This document shows, piece by piece, positions 1 to 12,794 of a stretch of DNA of 64,000 bases. The stretch lies in the NCBI RefSeq assembly GCF_035084215.1, contig NC_090330.1, forward strand, positions 58,776,001 to 58,840,000, written 5' to 3'. The notes beneath the pieces were generated by a model. That model ran no database searches and was not told the origin of the DNA. It saw nothing but the letters and a program-made list of their open reading frames with translations. Both the position numbers and the translations under genes were made by a program. How positions within the stretch are numbered: the first letter of the stretch is position 1; each line of letters opens with the position of its first letter. Source of the stretch: Heptranchias perlo. Taxonomy: Eukaryota.

Positions 1-679
1 AGTTGTGTTTATTTTTGATTCTTGGCTGCCTCCAGAAGAGAATATAAAGAGTTTATAATAAATAAGTCTGCAGTTCATTAATGCTGTGCATGCATGTTTT
101 AATAATTTTTAGAAATAATTTACAGGGCCTATTTAGATCTTGATTTTGTGTAAGCCTGGATTCTGCTAGTCTCCATTCCTCGTAAGCTTATAGTGTTACT
201 GTGATGCATTTAATTGTCTAAAATATACCATTCTGAAAGCATTCTGTTCTGTTTCGCTATTGGACATTATACATACTGCTTTGCTGTTCAGTAATCGCAG
301 CCTCTATTCCAGCTCAGCCATTGTAGGAGTTCCATGTTGTCTCTTGTATTTTGGTTTATTATTCTAATATGGCTATAAACCACATAGTGCTGGAACACGA
401 AGGCTAGGCACTGAAATATGAGACATCATTTTAAAATTACCTGTTCATTACTGGTACGGTGGATAATCCCTTTCATAAATATGCCAATGTCAATTTGATT
501 TTTAAATTAGATTTCAATTAGACTCTACTGGTAACTGTGGCCTACTAGCCAGCCAACAATGTCACAAGCATTTAATTACCTGTCTGCTAATAACACATGT
601 ATAGTTTGCTTAATGTGAAAGTTGGGCTCAACAACTTTGTACTCTGTTTATTTTACAAAACCGCTTAATGTGAGTCAGT

Positions 680-1010
680 CAGGGAGGGGAAAAATCAACC
701 AGTGTTCATCCTGCCTACTATCCAGTGTCCCTGCGGAAGTCTGCATGTGCATAAACATTGGGTGAGGGCAGGATCAAGCACTCTGTATTGCTCCTAAAGT
801 CAAACAGCCTTTCAAAACTCACTGTCTTAGCTGATACATGAAGGACAGTGTCTTCTTCATGACAAAATATCAAAAGGTTGCCCAAACCCATGCTGAAAGG
901 AGAAGTAATTCCATATTCTCTCTGTTCTGTGCAGCAACATTACCGGTCCTGAAACCATATCCCACCACGAGTACCACCTTCATGAAAGGAAGTGTTAATG
1001 GGAGAAGAAT
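680..1010 (+). mobile_element. Old SINE, AmnSINE2-like body and tail
   Basis: gggaggggaaaaatcaaccag...ctatccagtg...gggtgagggcaggatc...actcactgtct; related segments recur near 15.0, 16.55, 30.1, 30.9, 46.8 and 63.8 kb. Family name from recall. Confidence 0.55.
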
Positions 1011-1189
1011 GGAATAAAGAATAGTGGCTGCAGCAAAATTAAAACACTGGTTTTATACCACTGTTATAAAGACTTTACTTAAAGTATAATAGAGTTCAAT
1101 AAACCCTAAGTAAAATTATTGAAAAAGGGCCAGCTGTCTCACAAAACAGTTTACTTGCAGAGCCAGCAAAGTAAATCAAGTAGATTTTG

Positions 1190-1412
1190 TTGGTAAGAAT
1201 GGGCTAGAAGTGTCAGATGGAATTCAATATCAGTAAGTGTGAGGTAATATGTTTTGGTCAAAAAAACAGCAGCAACTATACTTTGAATGGAAATAGGCTT
1301 AGTGCTGTGGAAGAGAATAGGTGACATGGGGGTACAGGTTCACATGACATTAAAGGCTTGATGAAAGAAACGAACAATATACTAGTTTTTATCACAAGAG
1401 GTATAGAGTATC
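1190..1412 (+). mobile_element. Degenerate CR1 LINE RT fragment (probably continued near 3600-3870)
   Basis: cagatggaattcaat...aagtgtgaggt (QMEFN..KCEV-like), interrupted by the minus-strand CR1 at 1413-3590. Confidence 0.6.
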
Positions 1413-3590
1413 GAGTTATATTGAGTTACATCAAGTCTACAGCACAGAAACAGGCCATACAACCCAACTGGTCTATGCCGATGTTTATGCTCCACACGAG
1501 CCTCCTCCTTCCCTACTTCATCTAACCCTGTCAGGATACCCTTCTATTCCTTTCTCCCTTTTCTGGTTATCCAGCTTCCCTTTAAATGCATCTATGCTAT
1601 TTGCCTCAACTACTCCTTGTGTTGGAAAATTTCACATTCTTACCACCCTTTGGGTAAAGAAGTTTCTCCTGAATTCCCTATTCGATTTATTAGTGACTAT
1701 CTTATATTTATGACCTCTAGTTTTGGACTCCCCAACAAGTGGAAAAATTTTCTCTACATCTACCCTATCAAACTCTTCCATAATCTTAAAGACCTCTATC
1801 AGGTCACCCTCAGCTGTCTCTTTTCTAAAAAAAAGAGCTCCAGCCTGTTCAGCTTTTCCTGATAAGTATATCCCCTCAGTTCAGGTATCTTTTTTGCACC
1901 TTCTCCAATGCCTCTATATCCTTTTTATAAAATGGAGGCCAGAACTGTACACAGTACTCCAAGTGTGGTCTAACCAAGGTTCTATACAAGATTAACATAA
2001 CTTCTCTGCTTTTCAATTCTATCCCGCTAGAAATGGACCCCACTGCTTGATTTACCTTTTTTATGGCCTTATTAACCTACGTAGCTACTTTTAGTGATCT
2101 GTGTACCTGTATCCCCAGATCCCTTTGCTCCTCCAACCCATTTAGACTCTTATTATCCAAGCAGTATGTGGCCTCCTTATTCTGCAAGTTTATTAATGTC
2201 TTCTTGCATTTTGCTGCATTCTTCCTTTGTATTAACTAAACCCCCCAATTTGGTGTCGGCTGAAAATTTTGAAATTGTACTTCCGATTCCCGAGTCCAAA
2301 TCGTTGATGTAAATTTTGAACAACAGTGGTCCCAGCACCGATCCCTATGGAACACCACTTCCCACCTTTTGCCAGTCTGAGTAACTACCCTTAACACCTA
2401 CTCTCTGTTTTCTGTTTTGTAGCCAGCTTGCTATCCATTCTGCTACCTGTCCCCTGACTCCACATGCTCTGACCTTAGTCATGAGTCTACAATATTGTAC
2501 CTTATCAAAGGCCTTTTGAAAATCCAAATATACTACATCTGCTACATTTCCCTTGTCTACTCTTTCTGTTACTTCTTCAAATAATTCAATAAGTTTGGTC
2601 AAGCATGCCTTTTCCTTCTGAAATCCGTGCTGACTATTCTTCTATATATTTTCATTTTCTATATGTTTTTCTATTACATCTTTGAGTATAGATTCCATTA
2701 TCTTTCCTACCACTGACGTTAAGCTAACTGGCCTATAGTTCCCTGGACTTGTTCTATCTCCTTTTTTAAATACAGGAATCACATTAGCTGTCCGCCAGTC
2801 CTCTGGCACTATTCACTTTTCTAATGAATTTTTGTATGTATGTAATAGTGCCTCTGTTATCTCTTATCTAACTTCTTTTAATATGTGCAGATGCAATCCA
2901 TCCCCACCAGGGGCTTTATCCTCTCTAAGTTTGATTAATTTATCAATTATCTCCCCACTTTCTACCTTAAATGTCTATACATTTTTTGATCTCTTCTTCT
3001 AATGTTATACCCACCTTGTTTAGTCTCCTTGGTAAATACTGAGGCAAAGTAACTATTTAATATTTCTGCCATTTCACTGTCATTACCTGTGAGTTCATCT
3101 TGTACATCCCTGTGTGGCCCTATCCGTATCCTGATTTTTCTTTTGTAATTTATGTGTCTGTAGAATACTTCACTATTTCTTTTTATATTCCTTGGTAACT
3201 TAATTTTGTAGTTCCTCTCTGCTTTGCTAATTGTTTTTTTGACATCCTTTACAACTCCTTCATATTTCCTTTTGTCATCCTCTCCTTTATTGTCTATGTA
3301 CTTAGTGTATGCCTTTTTCTTTAGTTTCAATTTTACCCTCATCCCTTCACTCATCCATAATGTTTTATTATTGGCTAGTTTGTTTTTTAGAGGAATATAT
3401 TTCTCCTGAACTCTATTGATCACTGTTTTAAATATTACCCACTGCTGTTCTATTTCTTTGTCTGTCAAATTTTGTTTCTAGTTTACCTGCCCTAGTTCCA
3501 TTCTCATCCCCTCAAAATTAACTTTATTCCAATCTATTCCTTTGGTCTTTCTCAATCATTATTTTAGATCTTATTATGTTACGATCGCTA
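1413..3590 (-). mobile_element. 5'-truncated CR1 LINE (broken ORF2/RT)
   Basis: Minus ORFs 2345-2602 (DVVYLDFQKAFDKV...SGVP) and 2962-3468 (AEILNSYFASVFT); CR1 3' UTR at the left end. Confidence 0.92.
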
Positions 3591-3879
3591 TAATATAATA
3601 TAAAAGCCAAAAGGTAATGATGAGCTATAAAAAACTTTAATAAGACCGTGAGGCTTTAGAGAGGGTATAACCCAGGTACGAAGAAATACAACTATGAAGA
3701 AAGATTTGAAAAATTGGGTCTTTTTTCATTAGAACAACGCAGATTACAAGGCAATGTGATAGAAGTGTTCAAAACTATGAAAGGATGGGAGAGGGTGGAT
3801 AGAAGCAGACTGTTTCAAATATTTGGAGTGTCTAGGACAAGGGGATGGGGTGAGGCATAAGCAATGGAAAGTTGAATGG

Positions 3880-4335
3880 TAGTAGACTACAGCACATGAT
3901 AAGGAAAGGCATCTGGAGGTAGTGGTGGATGGTTTGTTGAAGCCATCAGCGCAGCATGCAATAGCAGTAAAGAAGGTGAACAAGATCTTAGGCTATATCC
4001 AGAGGGATAGAACAAAAGTTCGAGGAGGTAATGGTGATCTTGTATAGTGCACTAGCTCAGTCCAACCTGGAGGACAAGGTCAACTTCTGGTCACTGCATT
4101 ACAGTGGGAAAATCCTTTCTTTGGAAAGGGTATGGAGGAGAGCAGCTAAATTGATGCTGGGGATTAGGTATCTGAGCTATTAGGAGAGAGTCAAGAAGTT
4201 TTCAAGATTCTAAATGATGTAGAAAAACTGAACCCTAATAAATTGTTTTGGCATAAACATAAACTCTGAAGGTCAGGTGAAAATAGGTGAGCAGACAGTT
4301 TAGATTTAAGTACTTTACACAAAGGATGATGAATG
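3880..4335 (+). mobile_element. Old CR1 3' fragment, host of the 4336-5756 insertion (resumes 5757-5870)
   Basis: Degenerate RT C-terminus that reads through tactttacacaaaggatgATGAATG / ATGAATGcatggaacag across the younger insertion. Confidence 0.65.
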
Positions 4336-5756
4336 TCACTCCGCTTTTTAAGAAAGTAGAGGGAGGGAAACCGGGGAATTATAGACCAGTTAACCTAACA
4401 TCTGTTGTGGGGAAATTGCTGGAGTCTATAATTAAGGATAGGGTGACTGAACACCTTGAGAATTTTCAGTTAATCAGAGAGAGTCAGCATGGATTTGTGA
4501 AAGGTAGGTCGTGCCTGACAAACCTGATTGAATTTTTTTGAAGAGGTGACTAAAGTAGTGGACAGGGGAATGTCAATGGATGTGATTTATATGGACTTCC
4601 AGAAGGCATTTGATAAGGTCCCACATAAGAGACTGTTAGCTAAGATAGAAGCCCATGGAATCGAGGGAAAAGTACGGACTTGGTTAGGAAATTGGCTGAG
4701 CAAAAGGCGACAGAGAGTAGGGATAATGGGTAAGTATTCACATTGGCAGGATATGACTAGTGGAGTCCCGCAGGGATCTGTCTTGGAGCCTCAATTATTC
4801 ACAATAATTATTAACGACTTAGATGAAGGCATAGAAAGTCTCATATCTAAGTTTGCCGATGACACAAAGATTGATGGCATTGTAAGCAGTGTAGATGGAA
4901 ACATAAAATTACAAAGGGATATTGATAGATTATGTGAATGGGCAAAACTGTGGCAGATGGAATTCAATGCAGACAAATGTGAGGTCATCCACTTTGGATC
5001 AAAAAAGGATAGAACAGGGTACTTTCTAAATGGTAAAAAGTTAAAAACAGTGGCTGTCCAAAGGGACTTGGGGGTTCAGGTACATAGATCATTGAAGTGT
5101 CATGAACAGGTGCAGAAAATAATCAATAAGGCTAATGGAATGCTGGCCTTTATATGTAGAGGACTGGAGTACAAGGGGGCAGAAGTTTTGCTCCAGCTTT
5201 ACAAAACCCTGGTTAGACCGCACCTGGAGTACTGTGAGCACCTTCGGAAGGACATATTGGCCTTGGAGGGAGTGCAGCGTAGGTTTACTAGAATGATACC
5301 CGGACTTCAAGGATTAAGTTACGAGGGGAGATTACACAAATTGGGGTTGTATTCTCTAGAGTTTAGAAGGTTAAGGGGTGATCTGATCGAAGTTTATAAG
5401 ATATTAAGGGGAACAGATAGGGTGGATAGAGAGAAACTATTTCCACTGGTTGGGGATTCTAGGAGTAGGGGCCACAGTCTAAAAATTAGAGTCAGACCTT
5501 TCAGGAGTGAGATTAGAAAACATTTCTACACACAAAGGGTGGTAGAAGTTTGGAACTCTCTTCCGCAAACGGCAATTGATACTAGCTCAATTGCTAAATT
5601 TAAATCTGAGATAGATAGCTTTTTGGCAACCAAAGGTATTAAGGGATATGGGCCAAAGGCAGGAATATGGAGCTAGATCACAGATCGGCCATGATCTTAT
5701 CAAATGGCGGAGCAGGCATGAGGGGCTGAATGGCCTACTCCTGTTCCTATGTTCCT
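4336..5756 (+). mobile_element. Young 5'-truncated CR1 LINE with a 382-aa RT ORF
   Basis: ORF 4528-5676 with DFQKAFDKV, SGVPQGSVL, KFADDTK and RPHLEYC; tail gttcctat repeats; ATGAATG on both flanks (4329-4335 and 5757-5763). Confidence 0.95.
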
Positions 5757-5879
5757 ATGAATGCATGGAACAGATTGCTTGGAGATATTGGAAGTAGATA
5801 GTGTTAGCAAATTCAAGAAGGAACTGGAAAGTTTTTTTGGCAAAACAAGCAATTGAGGAATATCAAAGATAGAGACATA

Positions 5880-8800
5880 GGGGGAATTTTAAACCCCCCC
5901 CAACCCAATGACGGGCGGGAAAAGGTCGGAGGGGGGGAAGGGGTGGGGAGTAAAATCGGCAAATTTGTGAAACCCGACCTGAACCCGTCGCTAACGTGCC
6001 TGTTTCCGTTTCAACCATAGCGGAAATCGGGGCGTCAATTAATATTTAAATGAGGCTCATTTCCGGAGATTTTGGCAGCGATTTGAAATTAACGCTTTCT
6101 GCATGGATTTCCCGAGAAACATGGCAGTAAAACAGAGGTGAGGCTGAGCAGCACTTCATGGGGATGGTCAAAGGTCAGGTGTCCCGATATAAGAACATAA
6201 GAAATAGGAGCAGGAGTAGGCCAATAGGCCCATTCGAGCCTGCTCCGCCATTTAATAAGATCATGGCTGATCTGATCCTAACCTCAAATCTAAATTCATG
6301 TCCAATTTCCTGCCCGCTCCCCGTAACCCCTAATTCCCTTTACTTCTAGGAAACTGTCTATTTCTATTTTAAATTTATTCAATGATGTAGCTTCCACAGC
6401 TTCCTGGGGCAGCAAATTCCACAGACCTACCACCCTCTGAGTGAAGAAGTTTCCCCTCATCTCAGTTTTGAAAGAGCAGCCCCTTATTCTAAGATTATGC
6501 CCCCTAGTTCTAGTTTCACCCATCCTTAGGAACATCATCACCGCATCCACCCGATCAAGCCCCTTCACAATCTTATATGTTTCAATAAGATCGCCTCTCA
6601 TTCTTCTGAACTCCAATGAGTAGAGTCCCAATCTACTCAACCTCTCCTCATATGTCCGCCCCCTCATCCCCGGGATTAACCGAGTGAACCTTCTTTGTAC
6701 TGCCTCAAGAGCAAGTATGTCTTTTCTTAAGTATGGACACCAAAACTGTATGCAGTATTCCAGGTGCGGTCTCACCAATACCTTACATAACTGCAGCAAT
6801 ACCTCCCTGTTTTTATATTCTATCCCCCTAGCAATAAAAGCCAACATTCCGTTGGCCTTCTTGATCACCTGCTGCACCTGCATACTAACTTTTTGATTTT
6901 CTTGCACTAGGACCCCCAGATCCCTTTGTACTGCAGTACTTTCCAGTTTCTCGCCATTAAGATATTAACTTGCTCTCTGATTTTTCCTGCCAAAGTGCAT
7001 AACCTCACATTTTCCAATATTGTATTGCATCTGCCAAATCTCCGCCCACTCACCCAGCCTGTCTATATCCCCTTGTAGGTTTTTTATGTCCTCCTCACTC
7101 TCTACTTTCCCACCCATCTTTGTATCATCCGCAAACTTTGATATGTTACACTCGGTCCCCTCCTCCAAATTGTTAATATAGATTGTAAAGAGTTGGGGAC
7201 CTAGCACCGACCCCTGCGGAACACCACTGGCTACTGGTTGCCAGTCTGAGAATGAACCATTTATCCCAACTCTCTGCTTCCTGTTAGATAACCAATCCTC
7301 CACCCATGCCAGAATATTACCCCCAATCCAGTGATTCTTTATCTTGAGCAATAATCTTTTATGTGGCACCTTGTCGAATGCCTTCTGGAAGTCTAAATAC
7401 ACTACGTCCACTGGTTCCCCTTTATCCACCCTGTACATTATGTCCTCAAAGAACTCAAGCAAATTTGTCAGACATGACTTCCCCTTCGTAAAGCCATGCT
7501 GACTTTGTCCTATTAAATTATGTTTAATATGATATGAATAAAGGCTAGTGCTCACAGCTACTTTCTCAGTTCCCTCTGGGAAATGGTTTGGTAAGAGTAC
7601 TTGTTGTTACAGACTTATTTGTACAGTTTGGAGATGTTCACACAGAGAACATTAGGATGGGTGGTGCCATAACTGCTTTTGATTGGACTTCGGACGAGGA
7701 AGACAATCAGCATCATCAGCAGCAAGGCCGTGCTGTGGAAGGAGCTGCAGGTGGACAACAGAAAGGGGAGCAACAGAGGGGTCAAGTTCGCAGGAGGCAC
7801 TACCCACTACAGGTCTACAGACAGAGGCTTATATCCCTTGACCTCTCAGAAGAGCAGTGCTTCCAAAGGCTCAGATTGACACGTCAGGTGGTTGCAGACA
7901 TCTGCCGCCTCCTAGATGAAGATCTGCTGCCTTCTGGACCTGGTGGCCACGCATTACCAGTGGCTGTGAAAGTCACCACCACCCTCAATTTCTTTGCCTC
8001 TGATTTCCTTTCAGGGAGCTATCAGAGACATATCGAGGGCCTCGCAGTCGGCTGCACAAAAATGCATAAAGTAGGTGATGGATGGATTGATTGCCTGGGC
8101 TGGGAGGTATGCAAATTTCCCGTGATGACAATAGCCAGAATGAGCGGGCACTCGGATTTGCGACTCTGGCTGGCTTCCCACAGGCACAGGGTACCATGGA
8201 TTGCACCTCCGATGTGGAATCTCCACAACTGTCCCTACCATCACTCTGCGCTCGTGCTTCCTTGTAAACTGTGATTCACCAGGTGATAACCCACCTAACT
8301 GTCTAACAGGACCCACCGAAGTGCTCATATCTGCGCTGGTGCCTGGTAAGCATATGTTCTGTGACAGTGCAACCTCAGAAGGAATCAGCTCCTCTGAAGA
8401 AATGTCATCAGGAAGGGCCATGGGCTGCTGTTTTTTGTGTGATGGTCCTGGAGGAGAGAAGAGGCGGATATGATTTAGTCAGCGGAATGTAAAAATGTTG
8501 AAATTCAGCATAATTAATGTGATCATATTTTATTCAGTGCTGAAATCAAGTCAACATGACTTAGTCTCGTATGAGATGTGGGGTTGGAGATGTTTAATGC
8601 TGTCACCATGCAGCAGCAAAGTCCAAGTCTCGCCATCTCCGATGGTCAGGGACTCTGATATGCCGCTTATCTCCATGGCCTCGTCCTCTGCAGATGTAAC
8701 TGTACGATCTGTGGTGGACCATCTTCAGTCCTCTCCCTCTCCTTGTATTTTGGACTCTCATCTCCTACACCTATGAATGTCTATAAGGCATGTGTGCATC

Positions 8801-9240
8801 TGATGGAGGCAATGCATTTTGTGAGGGTGACTATCAGGCAGATGCAATATGAATGTCATTGGCATGGAGTTGGGAATGATTGCTGAGAATTGGATGAGCT
8901 GACTGAGGTGGAATCACATTACATAAAGATTGGGGTGAGTGGCAATGGTGGAGAAAGGGGGACGTGAGTAAGTGCATAGAAATGGAATGATGGGTGCAGC
9001 TGAAACTTAAGTGGCTGTGAGGATTGATGTGCTGGAGTACGCTTGACAAGACAGAGTGAGGAGGGGGTGGTGTGCACTACAGGATGTAGGTGAATCTGCA
9101 ACTGTGCTCATCTTTCCTGACCGGGTTAGGTCATTAAACCACTTCCTGCATTGGATCCAGGTATGCGGCACAATGATCTTGCTGCTGACCTCCTCAGCCA
9201 CCTTTAACCACTCTTCCTTGGTCACGGCAGCAGGAATCTT
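5880..9240. mobile_element. Decayed PIF/Harbinger transposon (left end, transposase N-part on +, Myb/SANT gene on -), split by a CR1
   Basis: GGGGGAATTTT terminus at 5880; + ORF 7588-8274 EEQCFQRLRLTRQVVADICRLL...ALPVAVKVTTTLNFFAS; - ORF 9007-9225 WLKVAEEVSS...WIQCRKWFNDL; internal deletion near 8210. Confidence 0.85.
6191..7530 (-). mobile_element. 5'-truncated CR1 LINE inserted in the Harbinger
   Basis: Minus RT ORFs 6965-7555 and 6296-6907; AAGAACAT-type tail; possible GATAT TSD (6186-6190 and 7531-7535). Confidence 0.93.
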
Positions 9241-10535
9241 CTAAATAATGGAGTGATATTTGCAATTTTTCAATCAATATGCACAATTCCTGAATCTTTG
9301 GAAAATTGTGACTAATGCATCTGCAATTTCTTCACCTATTTCTTTTAATATCCTGGGGTGGAAACCATCAGGTCCTAGAGATTTGTCTGCCTTAAGGCCC
9401 ATTATTTACTCCATTGCCATTTTTAAACTCATATTAAATCCACTAAGTTCCTCCCCTTTTCTTATTTTTAGGTTCCCTTGTACCACTGGTACTTTGTCCT
9501 CTTCCTCCACTGTGAAAACAGATACAAAGTATTCATTTAACAAGTCTGCCATTTCCTTATTGCTCATTATAGTCTCATCTGCATCCGCTTTTAATGGGCC
9601 CACGATTCTCTTTACCAGTCTTTAGGGGTGAAACTCAAATTCGGTGGGACGCGAAACGGGCGCTAGGGGATTGGCTGCCCATTATACACCCTGCCTAATT
9701 TTCTTTTGTGGAAAGAAAAATTGGGTGAGGTGGATAATTGGCCTGTTTTGTGCCCCCACCAATGTTGAATTTCATTCACTCTTTCTCTTAATATATTTAT
9801 TAAAAGTTTTACTGTTAGTTTTGATATCCCTTGCATTTTTTTTCTTATTCTCTTCTTGCATCTCAATACTTTCTTTGCATCCTTTTGTTGCTTTTATTAG
9901 CTCTGCCAGTCTGCTAGATTACCACTTTTCCCTGCAGTTGTGTAAGCTTTTTCTTTTAGCTTGATACTGTTGACTATGGTTGCTTAACTACACAAGTGGA
10001 GCCTTTGCCTTTTAAGGCTCTGCACTGGTTTTGCATCGTACCAAATACTTTGAATACTTCCCACTGTTTCTCTTTAGGTTCATCCATTAATGGTTCAGCC
10101 TAGTTTGCTGTGGTCAATTCATTCCTTCGAAGTTTGCTTTACTTAAATTTAAAACCCTGGTTTGTGATTCCACCCTTCTCACTCTCAAACTTTATATCAA
10201 ATTCAATCATATAATGGTTACTATTTAAGAACATAATCAGAACATAAGAAATAGGAGCAGGAGTAGGCCAAGCGGCCCTTCGAGCCTGCTCTGCCATTTA
10301 ATAAGATCATGGCTGATCTGATCCTAACCTCAAATCTAAAATTCATGTCCAATTTCCTGCCCGCTCCCCGTAACCCCTAATTCCCTTCACTTCTAGGAAA
10401 CTGTCTATTTCTGCTTTGAATTTATTCAATCATGTAGCTTCCACAGCTTCCTGGGGCAGCAAATCCCATAGACCTACCACCCTCTGAGTGAGATACTTTC
10501 AAGATGTTCCCTTACTGTCAGATTATTAATTAATT
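9241..10535 (-). mobile_element. CR1 ORF2 internal fragment carrying a nested MITE (about 9624-9779) and a nested CR1 3' end (about 10226-10490)
   Basis: Minus ORF MADLLNEYFVSVFT. The 10226-10490 piece is nearly identical to 6191-6443. MITE ends ggggtgaaactcaa and ttgaatttcattcac. Confidence 0.8.
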
Positions 10536-10537
10536 CT

Positions 10538-11599
10538 GCCACTGCTGCTGATGGCCTACAGCACCTCATGGATGCCCAGGTTTTAGCTGTTAGATCTGTC
10601 CTTAGTCTGTCCCACTAAAAATGGTAGTGCCATATTACACAGTGGAGGACTTTGTCTTCACAAGGACTGTGTGGTGGTCACTCCTACCAATGCTTTCATA
10701 GATAGATATGTTTGCAAAAGGTAGGTTTTTGAGGACAAAGTCAAACATGTTATTTCCTCACCATCTGATGCAAACCCGGTCCTTCATGACTGACCAGCTC
10801 AGTCAGTGGTGGTACTACCAAGCCTCTCTCAGTGGACATTGATGTCCGCCACCAAGCGTACATCCTCTGTCCTTGCCTCCCTCAGTGCTTCCCTCAAGTG
10901 ATGTTCAACATGGAAATATGGTCAGTCGGGGGATGGTAGGAGGTAATTAGAAGGTTTCCATTGCCTTGTTTGAGCTGAAGTCCTAAATACTTCAGAGTCT
11001 GGTATCAATGTTGAGGACTCCCACGGTCACACCCACCCAATTGTGTATCAGAGTGCCCCCTCTCTGCTGGGTCTATTCTTCCCATGGGACAGGACATAAT
11101 CAGGGATGGTGATGGAGGAGTCTGGGATGTTGGCTGATAGATATGACTGTGAGAATGGCTACGTCAGGCTGTTGCGTGACTAGTCTGTGGGTCAGCTCTC
11201 CCATCTTGGGAACAGTTCCCCAGATGTTAGTGAGGAAGACTGACTGACTTTACCTGAGTCTTATCGGGATCCTTTACCTGGGGAATCTGTCCTATATTTC
11301 TGTTATTGTTCTGCTTTGTAGCAGTTGAGTAGCTTGCATGGCCACATCAGAGGGCATTAAGTGTCAACCACATATTGTGGGACTGGAGTCATGTGTAGGG
11401 CAGATTGGTTAGGGGTGAAAGGACATTAGTGAACCACTTGGGTTTTTACAAGAATCCGGCAACTTTTATCGACATTTTTCAGGTGCTAACCGTTAAATTA
11501 CCAGATTTATTGAATTCAATTTCATAACTTACAATGGGATTTGAACTGACCACCTCGGAGTAGTTAGTCTAGTACTATAACCACTATGCTAACATACCT
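10538..11599 (-). mobile_element. 5' end of a LINE: tRNA-like Pol III head followed directly by an APE endonuclease
   Basis: Minus strand: A box TAGCATAGTGG (11591-11581), B box GTTCAAATCCC (11546-11536); from about 11240 VFLTNIWGTVPKMGEL...PDVAILT...IPDYVL; then ADINVH (about 10840) and IGRSDH (about 10680). Confidence 0.8.
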
Positions 11600-12409
11600 G
11601 ACCAAGTACTACCTCATTCCAATCCAGCAATGATCGGGATTTTCAAGATTACTCATGCACATCAGTTAGCTTGCCTAATCATAAAATAGGCAATTTAGGT
11701 TATTTTCTAGAGTAATGACGTTAAGTAAAAATTTGTGTCACAGATCATCAACTAAAAATTATTGTATGAAGTATTTTTTTTCCTGAACTTTGTATTGATT
11801 ATAATATTAAATGATATGAATGCATCATTGTTTTTTAAGTATAATGAATTACATTTGAAACATGTGGCTATATTATTATAGAGACCTGATCTGTAGCTAT
11901 CTCAAATCTGCATCTTGAGCTGATAGAAATGTTTCCCAGATTTGGGCAGCTCTGGAGTGGCTCTTTAGCCAGTCTGAAGTTGTGGCACTTGCTGCTTCTG
12001 ATGGACTGGCTCCTGTCCGGAATTGCTACTCCACCAGCGCAGTCTGGCAGTAAAGACCCAGCCTGATGATTTCCATTCTGGCAAACAAATTTCCATTTCT
12101 ACAAAACAGCCTTTTCTCGTTTCTGTAAACTTATGATTTGTGTCAGCTACGTTTTAAATTATGGTATTACATTTTTGAGTTTTTACGCTGGATATTTTCT
12201 TGAGTTCACAAAATATCCTGAATGACTTAAGTCATACAGATTGAAGAAATTCAACAAAGTGCCATCATAAACAAGTAAGAAAGAATATAGGACAATTGTT
12301 ATATATGAAGGAAAAATAACAGTAAGATAAATGAACTGGTAAAGGAATAAAGCGAAACCATTCAGTTACATCGGATTAATGTCAGTTTGGGGTTATTATT
12401 GTGTTGTAG

Positions 12410-12530
12410 GCTGGTTTTGACACTTCAATAAAAGACATGGACCCCTGTGAAAATTGGGCCTCTGCAGCTTTGACCAACTGGTTAACGCACATTGGAATCC
12501 ATCACATTGCTGACATGCTGAGAAGTGAAG
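12410..12530 (+). CDS. Candidate first coding exon of a long AMOTL1 isoform (ATG at 12437)
   Basis: Lies in unique sequence. Acceptor gtgttgtag|G, strong Kozak gacATGG at 12437, open frame MDPCENWASAALTNWLTHIGIHHIADMLRSE, phase-1 donor GAAG|gtaaat compatible with the downstream phase-1 exons. Confidence 0.55.
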
Positions 12531-12794
12531 GTAAATAAATGTTGAATTCATTATACAAGAATTTTTTTTTAAAACTTGTATCATTTGTAAATTAACAGTT
12601 ATTGCAGAGTTATTGCAGTGTGTGTTAAAATGAAGAAATATTCAAATATTAATATTTTAATGGTTTAAAGTATGGATCATATTAACACTTCAAATAGCTG
12701 TGACTTTTTGTAACACAGTTACGAGAAATAGCTCTTTGCTTTTGCATTTTTATACATTCATGAGTAAATTAGTAAACCCTGTTATTTTAATGTA

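Noticed and set aside
4528-5676. 382-aa RT ORF as an active or domesticated gene
   Set aside because: 5'-truncated CR1 with no endonuclease, a frameshift near 4530 and an in-frame deletion after LEYCE.
11530-11599. Possible tRNA gene
   Set aside because: Only A and B boxes are recognisable; no convincing cloverleaf or terminator, and it continues into retroelement sequence.
11929-12130. GC-richer unique stretch upstream of the 12410 exon candidate
   Set aside because: The frames I translated close quickly and resemble nothing I recognise; it might be UTR or regulatory but cannot be supported.
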